From the human T2T-CHM13v2.0 reference genome, Homo sapiens, in the NCBI RefSeq assembly GCF_009914755.1, contig NC_060929.1: DNA of 64,000 bases; one strand, 5' to 3'. The notes under the pieces were generated by a model. The model worked only from the letters and a program-made list of their open reading frames with translations, ran no database searches and had not been told where the DNA came from. Both the position numbers and the translations under genes were made by a program. Below, in pieces: positions 53,196 through 64,000 of the stretch; within the stretch, counting starts at the first letter, position 1, and each line of letters begins with the position of its first letter.

Positions 53196-53962
53196 AAGAA
53201 GTTAGAGAAGTAAAGAAAGATGGGCCTACTTAACACCATTTGTCAGGATGGATCCAAAGTGAAGGAGGAGAAACCAGTTGCTCCCACTGTCAAAGAAGCT
53301 GTTATGCATAGGAACCAAAAGGAATTAAATGTGACTTCCTGTGTCAAAGAAAACATTTATGATCATGGGGCAATCAGTGCAGAACTCACATTGACAAGAC
53401 CTGTATGATCAGGCAGCTTTTCATATGAAAAATATGCCATAAAAATCAACGACTGTCCCTAGATACTAAGAGCTTCTTTCTTAATTTAAAATTTAGAATT
53501 TAGTTATTTTACTTGTCCAGCAAGTGTTCTATAGCAGCTTTTATTTTGACTTCGTAGCATGCATAACTGAGTAATTTTGGCAAATACTATTTAATTTAAA
53601 GACATAGAAAATGATACATTTTTCTAAAAGCTAGCAATACTACTGTCTTCATTGTGTACTTGGGAGGCAGCTGTTCCTGCCAGTTATAGTCTTGTCTCAG
53701 GAAACAGTGATTGATACATTGGAAAATAGCTTTGACAACAGCCTAGAGTAAAGCATGTGAAATTGAATTGCCTCTGTAATTTTCCTTTGTTGTTCATTTA
53801 TTATGTGTTTTCCAGGAGATGGTAGGGTAGAAAAACGACTATTAGCCAATGATTAATAAAAATTAAAATTTAGTCTATTTTAAAGCGTCAGAATTAAAGT
53901 ATCCTCAGGGTTTAAGTTAATGTAAAAATGACCAAACATATTGAGCCTTAATACAAAAATAA

Positions 53963-54273
<311 letters not shown>

Positions 54274-54646
54274 AAAACAATAAAAATATTTGTATTTCTC
54301 TCAAACCACATATATCTGAAGCACAAGTATATTTGTAAAAATATGTTTCTAGTTCACAAGAAAACAAACTTAAGTATCAAATTTAGTATATTTTGACTTG
54401 ATGTGCAATGTTATAAATGAAAAGAAAAAAATCATGTAAAAATACTCATGAGTTTTAGGAAGGCTTTTCTCATTTTAGTTAAATGTTATTAGCTTGAAAA
54501 TACTAGAAAAGTAAAAGCTTTCTTTATTTTTTAGCCAGTCATTCATTTTAATCAAGGCAAACATATAAAACATCATAAGTGAAACCTCATAATGAGAAGG
54601 AACATCAGAAGTCATCAGAGCAGCTACTCTCTTTTGGGGAGGCAAC

Positions 54647-55089
54647 TGTATTAGTTTCCTAGAGGTGCCATAACAAATTATCACAAACTAGGTGGCTTAA
54701 CACAACAGAAAATTACTCTTTCACAATCCTGGAGGCTAGAAGTACAAAATCAAGTTGTCAGTGGGGCCACACACCCTCTGAAGCCTCCAGAGAAGAATTC
54801 TTCCTTGTCTCTTCCTAGCTTCTGTGGTTGCCAACAACCCTTGGCATTCCTTGGCTTATGACTACATCACTCTTAATTGCTGCCTCTGTCTTCACATGCT
54901 CTTCTTTGTGTGTGTCTCTGTGTCTTTTCGTGGCATACTTATAAGGACACCAGACATTGGATTTAGGATCCTACTTCAATATGACCTCATCTTAATTACA
55001 AGGTCAAAGACCCTATTTCCAAAATAGGGCCATCCTCTGAGGTTCTGTGTGGACATGAACTTTTGGAGGATATTATTTAACCCAGTACA
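54647..55089 (-). mobile_element. MLT1B/C solo LTR
   Basis: tgtattagtttcct...ataacaaattatcacaaactaggtggcttaa...cttataaggacaccagacattggatttagg...cccagtaca; TSD g(c/a)aac. Confidence 0.85.
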
Positions 55090-55279
55090 GAAACTTGAGC
55101 TGTTGTAGTTTATTTATTCACTTAAAACTCTATATGTATCTCTTAGTTATGGCAAGTGCCATACTGAGCACAATAATATGTAAAATCCTATATGACTCTG
55201 CCATCATGAAGATTGTAGTCATTCAGAATTTTTTTCTGAAATGCAGTTACAAGGTGGTATGATAGAAAAAGCACTGGTT

Positions 55280-55605
<326 letters not shown>

Positions 55606-56282
55606 AGAAAAAGCACTGGTTTGGCAGTTGGAATGCCTAATTTATAGATCAGACCCAATACTGATGAGTTCTGGGATATGAGGTAGGCCAAATAACTGCT
55701 TTGTAATTTATAAGATGTTATGGATGAAAAATGTGGCCCCAAACTACAGCCATTTCTAACCTATATGCATTTGTACCCAGATTTTGCTGTTTGCCCTTTT
55801 AGAGTCCATGGTACCCAGGTATCTTTTGGAGTCCTCAAAGCAATATATCAATTTTGCTCCATGCCCACTTTCTATGAAACTGCCTGTTCAGTCCTATCTT
55901 TCCTCTCATCACTCCTTGGAGTCAGCATTACTCAGATGATGGGCTACCACTCTTTACAGACAGCCATTGCCCCCCTGCTGTGTCCCATCTCACCTGTGGC
56001 TCCATGGGCATGGTATACTTTACTGCTGACCTCTCAAAGCAATGTGGTAGCCTGTACCGGAGTTGAGAATAGCTTTCTCTCCTTCGAGACATATTCTATT
56101 AAAGAGATCTGAAAGCCACATCTCTTTTTCCCACATTGTGTTTTATAGAAAAGGCTTTTGTTTTTACTCACTAACTATTTATGCCCCCTAGGTACAAGAC
56201 AAGTGTCCAGGGAACTGAGGTTGGCAGATTCATTTAATAAATATCATTCTTTATTTGGACTGCCAGTTCCTGAGTAATCTGC

Positions 56283-57175
56283 TGTGGTGGTTTTTATCAT
56301 GGCAAATCAGCCAAGCTAAAACTACTTTTCCCAGAATTCCCTTCCACCCATGGTTCTGGATGTGGGTTGGCCACAGGGAAAGTTGTGAGAGTTATAGAGA
56401 GGAGAGAATCAGCAGACATTAGCTCCTAAGGTCGTTGTAAGGTACCAGGTGCCACCATAATTAGCACCCGTTGCCACTGATCTGCTGGCTTATCTCATTG
56501 GGATGGGGTGGCAATTTAGCCTCACTAGCTTCACTCTAGTCCCTTGCATGACTTGGCCTCACTAGTTTTATTCTAATCCATGTCAGATATTGTTTTGTTT
56601 AAAATTTTAATATTTTACTCACCATAAATTTTTGGATAAATTTTGACTTGATGTATTACATTAAATATTATTTATCTTGATTACTAAGTTATTTGGCACT
56701 CCATAAATTTTTGCATCAGCGACTATTGTCTAAAGGACTAGTGTTTCACTCATTTCTCAGCCTTGTATCCAGCTCCTGCTGGATCTCTTCTGGCTTCTCT
56801 AAATTCTGGAACAGATGTGCAGCACTGGGACAAAGAGGACCAGTTTCTTCAGAAGGTCTCCCACATGATTGAGGTTGGAGGTGATGAGAGACAGATGTGG
56901 GTTAAATATTAACCTTGCAATTCCTGTTTGATATGATGGGTTTCATGTTCTAGTCTGTCCTCGCTTCCCTACTTCTCACTGTGCCTTTCGTTCCAATTGG
57001 GCCCTGCGGGCTTAACAGTGCCTTCAGGCCTACAATCAGAAGCAGAAGCAACAGCTTTTCCTAGGCTTCTTTGCCAGATCCCACCATTGTGTCAAGTCTG
57101 ATCCCTAGTGTAAACTCCACATTCCATGTCTTCATAGAGGTTCCACTTCCCAGCTTGAGACTTAGTTAATGCATC
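56283..57175 (+). mobile_element. Ancient ERVL-class LTR (LTR41-like), interrupted by a hAT-Tip100-like DNA element (~56500-56778)
   Basis: tgtggtgg...aagctaaaactacttttcccagaattcccttcc start; the inner segment aatattatttatcttgattactaagtt...aaatttttgca...gtttcactc resembles MER69/Arthur1-type elements. Confidence 0.45.
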
Positions 57176-57477
57176 CTCTGAGTGCCTGGTCCCTCTTTCT
57201 TCAGATTTTTTTTTCCCTTGGAGGTTCTTTAGTAGTCCCCGAAGATAGAAGTTTTTTTGGTCCCACCCTGCAAACTTGCCAGAATGTACAGAAGTGTTTG
57301 AACTTCAGCAGCAAGTAACGCTTGACTTCTTTGCCAGCAGAATTCTGTTTCATTTTACATAAGGATCTGGCAGATTATCTCTGGCTGTTCACCAGATGTG
57401 ACCAGACATATCTGGTTTTCCCTTTCTCTAACTGTACCTCAGACTACCTAATATTTTATGACCCCTAGAAATATGTT

Positions 57478-57559
57478 TCCAATTAATATAAAACCTAGGA
57501 TACGGCCTCCAAAGCTACTCCAGTTAGTATAAAACCTAGGATATGGGCTCCAAAGCTAC
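57478..57559. repeat. 41-bp tandem duplication
   Basis: tccaattaatataaaacctaggatacggcctccaaagctac / tccagttagtataaaacctaggatatgggctccaaagctac; 4 mismatches. Confidence 0.92.
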
Positions 57560-57630
57560 AGGCATTCTTTTCTCTGGGTGAAAGATCTCTGGTATTCCTC
57601 AAAAGTACGTGATTTTCTAGACGTACCATC

Positions 57631-57890
57631 TGTATCAGTTTCCTGGGGCTGCTATAACAAGGTGCTGCAAACTAGGTGGCTTAAAACAACAGAAATTTAT
57701 TGTCTCATAATTCTAGGGGCTACAGGTCCGAAGTCAAGGTGTTGGCAGGGTCATCTTCCCTCTGAAATTTGTAGAAAAATCATTCTTTGCCTTTTCCTAG
57801 CTTCTTGTGGTTTTCTGGCAATCTTAGGCATTCCTTGGTTTGCAGCTGCATAATTCCAATCTCAGCCTTCACCCTCACATGACATTTTTC

Positions 57891-57921
<31 letters not shown>

Positions 57922-58157
57922 CATGTGTGTCTGTACATGTGTATGTGTGTCTATGTCTATATGAACATCTTATAAGATCACCAGTCATATTGGATTATTG
58001 GATTAGGTGCCCACCCTACTCTCCAATTTGACCTCATTTATGTTAACTAATTACATCTCCCATAATCCTGTTTCAAAATCAGGTCATATTCTGAGACATT
58101 AGGGGTCAGAACTTTATCATAACCATTTTATTGGAGGGGCACACTTCAACCATAACA
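57631..58157 (-). mobile_element. MLT1C-like solo LTR containing (TG)n at ~57894-57921
   Basis: tgtatcagtttcctggggctgctataacaa...ggtggcttaaaacaacagaaatttattgtctca...ttcaaccataaca. Confidence 0.85.
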
Positions 58158-58309
58158 CCGCCATTGTTAGCCTCCTTACTAATGTCTTTACCTTACCAAT
58201 GTCTTATAAATGTGGTGGTAAGTATTAAACAAAATAATCTAAATCAGATTTGATTACAACAGAATATAGTGAGATTACTACTTTCTTCTGCTACTCACTT
58301 CCTTACTTC

Positions 58310-59700
58310 GCTTATCCAACAAATGTTTATTGAGTTTCTATTCTATGATTAACATTCTGCTTGTACTAGGAATACACTAAAGTGGAAAAGAGACAAGGTC
58401 ACTATCTTTATGGAGCTTACATTCTAATAAGGAGATGGAAACAATAAGCACATACTTTTGTTAGAATTTCGATTAGACTGGATTAAGAAAATGTGGCACA
58501 CCATGGAATACTATGCAGCCATAAAAAAGGATGAGTTCATGTCCTTTGTAGGGACATGGATGAAGCTGGAAACCGTCATTCTCAGCAAACTACTGCAAGG
58601 ACAAAAAAACCAAACTCTGCATGTTCTCACTCATAGGTGGGAATTGAACAATGAGAACACATGGACACAGGAAGGGGAACATCACACACCAGGCCGTGTT
58701 GTGGGGTGGGGGGAGCGGGGAGGGATAGCATTAGGAGATATACCTAATGTAAATGACGAGTTAATGGGTGCAGCACACCAACATGGCACATGTATACATA
58801 TGTAACAAACCTGCACATTGTGCACATGTACCCTAAAACTTAAAGTACAATAAATAAAATGAAATTAAAAAAGAATTTCGATTATCTCAAGTGCTATGAA
58901 GAAAAATAGACCAGGATAATTGAAGGAAAGTGATGGGTGTTATCAGAAAAAGGATTATCTTTGAGAGATTAAAGAAATGGGCTTGGAGGTGGGAGTATTT
59001 ATGGGGAGTTTAAGGTACAGAAAGAAGGCCAGGGTGGCTGCAAGGCATGAATGAACAGTGACATGGAAAGCAAACAAAGAGGCAATCATGCCCCAGGAGG
59101 CAGAGTTGTGGATGTTATCCTGGGCGTGAATTTAGTCAAAGGCTTTTGAGCATCCGAGTCATGTGGTATAACATATTTTGGCTGCTGTATTGAGAAATGA
59201 GTGTTGTAGAACAATAGAGAAGCTGAAACACCTATTTAGGTGCCATTTACAGTAGCAAAGGTGAGAGATAAATGGTAATATGGACCAACGTGATAGCCAG
59301 AGTTGTGATGATGGTCAGATTTAGGATGCAGATTTGGGACAGAGGCCTTCATGATTTGCTGATGGATTGGAGTAAGAGAGAAAAAAATATGAACTGTAAG
59401 ATGCTCTAGTACTTAGAAGTTTAGAAGTAGAAAGAGAACTCCATAAAGGATATTGAGAGGAAGTGGTCTGTGATGCAGGAGAAAAACAGAGAGCAAAAGA
59501 GAGAGAGAGATCCAAATGCCAAAGAAAGTATTTCAGAAGAAGGGAGTAATCAAATGGGCAAATACTACTGATAGGTCAAGTAAGATAAGGACAGAAAACT
59601 GACAGAGGTTGTTGGTGAGGTGGCATTGAATGGTCTCAGTGGAATTTCAAGAGAAAATGAGTTGAGGTAAAATTGTGAATTAAGACAATTCTTATCACAC
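58310..59700 (-). mobile_element. L2 region, split by an L1PA insertion
   Basis: caacaaatgtttattgag...atggagcttacattcta | aagtgctatgaagaaaa...ggatttgctgatggattgg-like L2 sequence. Confidence 0.7.
58476..58871 (+). mobile_element. L1PA4/5-like 3' end (~400 bp)
   Basis: ORF2 end (DWIKKMW...YAAIKKDEFMSF), 3'UTR and A tail; TSD agaatttcgatta at 58463-58475 and 58872-58884. Confidence 0.93.
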
Positions 59701-60436
59701 TCACTATTCCAAGCCACATATTATTGAAACACATACCCCCCATTTTATTTCTAGAAGTTAACTCCTTTCAAACTGTTTCACCAGCTGTTTCTGAGGCTTT
59801 CCAGATGGTTAATGGTCATGTTCCCAGAGGCAATTTCCTAAATATTTGGACATTCAGCCTCTTTATTGGTTCTCTGCTAACTAGTTATAAATATTAGTTT
59901 TAATAAAACTAGCTGAAATACAATATTTTTCAAAATTTATGTGAGTTTGAATAACACCTCGAAAATGAGATTGGATTCCATTTTTATTTTCCTTTGTTTT
60001 TTCAAGATTACTTCACAAATTGGTGTCATGTGCTTCCTTCCAAAAGTATACGCTATTTGGTCATTTCTTTGTTCACAATGCTAGTAAAAATATGTTGACT
60101 TTGAGTTCCAATTACATTTTATTTTCATGGCTGTATATATATTCGAAAATTTTGTTTCAGTGCTGAATTTCATTTTCACTCCTGTTAAATTTTGTTTTAT
60201 AGTTCAGGTTTGTCATTCTAGTCAGTTAAAGCTTTGGGTATATCAATAAGCCACACTTCTCTATTTTGTCCCAAATTCTCAGGAGAAATTTTTACAAATT
60301 CTTTGGTAAATTAAGATGAAGTGTTTCAAAAATTTCCCCTGATTTAGATACCCTAGCCACAGTGAGTACATGGTGGTGTTCAGTGATAATGCATTATTTT
60401 AAAACAGTTTTAGAGCCAGTCTGTTTAATAGTTCTA

Positions 60437-60566
60437 GAGTTCTTTTAGGGATCAGCAACCAACATGTTAGCAAGCTAACACTTTTTTAAGTGGCTTCATG
60501 AAACATCAGATGTGTTAGTTGCTGATCTTTGAAAGAACTCCACTTTTTTAAAGTGGTTTCATGAAA
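60437..60566. repeat. Interleaved inverted and direct repeat (A-B-A'-B)
   Basis: Inverted arms 60437-60465 and 60512-60540; direct copies 60479-60503 and 60541-60566. Confidence 0.85.
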
Positions 60567-61489
60567 GTTTTGAACAGATGTCTGGAACTTCTTTATCTTT
60601 ATATAAATTCAAAAAGTAGCTAATGATTTGTGATTACATCTGCAAATCTTTCCACCACTCTGAAATATGATTTTGGTGGAAGTTCACTTCTCTGTGACTT
60701 CACATCATCTGAGCTATAACTTCCTCTTTATAATGTATTCTGGAGCATTTCCAGTTTTAATATGATTCTTTTTATAGACAAAAGAAGGAAACAAAACAGG
60801 AACTGAGTGGTACTTTTCCCTGTCCACGCACTTAAATTTTAATGTAGGGAATTTTCTTAGATATGCATTCGTTTATGGTCCGCTTTGCTCACCACATCCC
60901 TCCCTTCCCCTTCACCCAAGATAAGTGTCCTGAGTATAGGAAATTTGCTTCATCCCTTGCTGTTTTCTTAGAATCTGGTTCAGTTTCAGCCACCAGTAGG
61001 AGCTCAAAAAAATACGTGTTGGAGGAATAGCTTTTTGTAGCCTTTTTGTGGTGCTTTTAAAATTTTTATTTTAGCTTTATGTATATCAATCTATCTAATC
61101 GTAGAGAAATTTGACAATAATATCTCCTATTTCCTCTTTGTTGAGAAGAAACCTTGAAACTTTGTACTGTCATTTCTAATAGTTCCATTTCAAAACGTTT
61201 ACATGTGAATTTTCTCTGTCTTAGTTGATATATTTTGATTTTAATAATTATGTACATGTGATCATAAAAATTAATTCATAAGAACAATTTTTAGATGTTA
61301 AACATTTAATAGTTTAATCCTCAGTTTTACTTAATATTTCAAGAGGGCTTTATAAAGCACATACTTAAGTACCATTGCAGAAAAGAAGTTTAGCTGTTCA
61401 TCATGAAAAATATTTAATCAATTCTAATAGAATAATAAAAACATTTTTATTTCAGATTTCTAAAATTTCAGGAGAAACTGGTGTTTCCA

Positions 61490-62030
61490 ATATCTCTCAA
61501 CCCCTTTCAAATTCTGTGTTTATAAAACTCTGTGTTTATAATCTATAATAAATATATCAACCACTTTCAAAGGGGTTGATATATTACCTATAAATTATTT
61601 GTATATTTTTTATTATATTATTTATATCTTATGATATAATATATAATTATTTGTATTATTTATATTATTTATATAATTTATATATTATGATATAACCAAC
61701 TCCTTTGAAAGGGATCATATCTATCAACCCCTTTCAAACTCTGTGTTAATAAAATTGTGTTTATAATCTATAATAAATATATCTTGCATCAAGACAATAT
61801 GCATACATGTATGTGACTGTATCATATATAGAGAGATATATATCTCATATGTAGAGATATATATGAAGCTTTTGCTTATATATGAAGCTTTTATATATAG
61901 ATACATATGTGAAAGCTATATCTGTATATGAAGCTTTCGTTTCTATATCTATATACATTTTTTGTTTATATAGAGTGATATATATATACCTCTATAGATA
62001 TCCTTATTAGATGAGATACATATTCTATTT
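61490..62030. repeat. AT-rich low-complexity region with a ~68-bp direct duplication, a 35-bp palindrome and three copies of tatatgaagcttt
   Basis: Direct copies 61490-61558 and 61717-61783; palindrome 61551-61585; short repeats within 61860-61937. Confidence 0.85.
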
Positions 62031-62791
62031 TATACTATTTTATTCTATTGATCTAATTCATTAAAAGATAAAAAGTGATCATTATAGGCCATCAAACAAC
62101 ACAAATATTGATAATTTTCTTAGAACAGTCTCTACTTAAGAAATCACCATTGTAAGAGTTCAATTCAGTTTAGCAGTTACTGATTATGCCTGACCAATGT
62201 ATCCAGTGCTGGGTTAGACATCGATGAGTTTACAAAAATTGGACGAAATGCGGTTTTAGCACTTGGTACATACCATCAGCTTTATTTTCCTCCTTCTTGT
62301 CATCATGGTTTGGTACATAAAGTCCCTAGAATCTAACTCTAACTTCATTATTCCCATTGATATCTTCTGACACTTCACAATTATAGAACTCTGCACCTTA
62401 TTATCAGATATTCTGACACCTCTGAGATGTGTACCAGTGTTCTTTCATACAAAAATATCCTTACCTCTTTTTGTATAACTAGTATGTTACAGATATTGAA
62501 AATAAGTTATCTGGGAGCCTAATCTACTTGTAGTATTTTCTTGGCCTCATTGATCACTGCCTTTAAGGAGATTACTTTATTTTATATCATGGATTCCCAA
62601 ATGTTGTCGCGCCATAAAGTTTTCACAAGAATGCAATGAAATGAAAAATAAGGACGATATAATAAGTTTTGGATAGAGGTAAATTCATCCAATTTAAGGA
62701 AAAGTTCCTTACATTGAGGATATTTTTATTATCTTGTTAGATTTTTAAATTATTAATTTAAAAAATCTGGTAAGTGGTATAAAGTGTATTT

Positions 62792-63591
62792 TTCTCAACT
62801 TTTGTTTTGGATTCAGAGAGTGCATGTGCAAGTCTGTTACATGGGTATATTGAGTGATGCTGAAATTTGGGGTTCAGGTGATCCCATCACACAGGTAATT
62901 AGCATAGTACCCAATAGGTACTTTTTCAGCCCATGCTCCCCTCCCTCTTCTCTCTAGTAGTTTCCAAGGTCTATAGCTCCCATCCTTACATTTGTGTGTA
63001 CTTAATTTTCAGCTGCCATCTATAAGTGAGAATATGTGGTATTTGGTTTTTTGTTCCTGTGTTAGTTTATTTACTTAGGATAATGGCCTCCAGCTCCATC
63101 CATGTGGCTAAAAAGAACATGATTCTGTTTCATCTTTATGGCTGCATAGTGTTCCGTGTTGCATATGTTTCACATTTTCTTTATCCAATCCATCATTGAT
63201 GGGCACCTAGGTTGATTTCATATCTTTGCTATTGTGAATTGCACTGCGATGAACACATGAGTACATATGTCTTTTTGGTAGAATGATTTATATTCCTTTG
63301 GGTCTATACAAAGCAATGGGATTGCTGAGCTGAAAGGTAGTTCTGTTTTAAGTTCCTTGAAAAATCTCCAACTGCTTTCCACAGTGACTGAACTAATTTT
63401 CATTCCCACCAACAGCGTATAAGCATTCTCTTTTCTCTGCAGCCTTGCCAGCATCTGTTATTTTTCAACTTTTTAATGATCACCATTCTGACCAGCATGA
63501 AATGGTATGTTATTGTGGTTTCGATTTTCATTTCTCTGAGGATTAGTGATGATGAGCATTTTTTCATATGTTTATTGGCCACTGTGTATCA
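62792..63591 (-). mobile_element. L1PA15/16-like 3' fragment
   Basis: Antisense 3'UTR and ORF2 end ([13 protein letters not shown]... on -); TSD tataaagtgt(a/c)ttt at 62778-62791 and 63592-63605. Confidence 0.88.
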
Positions 63592-64000
63592 TATAAAGTG
63601 TCTTTAATAAGCTAAAACAAACCAAAAAGCATTTTTTAAAACAAACAATAAAGATCAGTCACCTTAAATTCACTTTACATTTAGAGGGTGGGATGGCTGT
63701 GGATATGATTGCTCCATTTATATAGAGTAACATAAAAATCCTGAAATGTCAAAGTTTACCTTTCTGTCAAAAGTCCCCAGTCTCCCATCTTTGACATAAG
63801 GTTATCTCCAATATGGGCTATATGTGCTTACTTTTCTCACTAAGATTTAGTTTCAATCTAACCTAGAACCCTAATATGTAGAGGGTCTTTGGCCAAAGTT
63901 CTCTGAGGATTGTCATTTTGAGTTTTAATTCTGATATTAATTCATTTCAGATGCTTATTTCATCACCTCTTCTCAGACAACTTTTTGTGAGCCAGATATT

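Noticed and set aside
55720-56112. 130-aa ORF
   Set aside because: No recognisable domain or splice context; it may be a decayed retroelement internal region, but I could not support a call.
57478-57559. Short direct repeats (also 13863-13981, 3079-3110, 43451-43508) as CRISPR-like arrays
   Set aside because: Only 2-3 copies, no unique spacers of regular length, no cas genes, and a primate genomic context.

Overview
Primate (very likely human) AT-rich genomic DNA containing the 3' end of CHSY3 (chondroitin sulfate synthase 3) on the + strand. The window holds the end of the last intron (1-7069), the large terminal exon (splice acceptor at 7068-7069, coding 7070-8632, 520 aa) and a ~0.8 kb 3'UTR with AATAAA at 9433-9438. 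The remaining ~54 kb is apparently gene-free and dense in transposable elements: Alus, L1PA/L1M, L2, MIR, a full-length THE1C provirus, solo MaLR/ERVL LTRs, an ERVL pol/dUTPase fossil, Tigger2a and a hAT remnant. Repeat subfamily calls come from remembered consensus sequences, not from a search. I found no convincing new gene or new biological system. The most notable observations are several template-switch/fold-back micro-rearrangements (30.9 kb, 60.5 kb, 61.6 kb), three same-strand LTRs with DUX4-type motifs pointing back at CHSY3, a twin-primed 5'-inverted L1PA, a close inverted Alu pair, and small TCF/LEF and E-box motif clusters.
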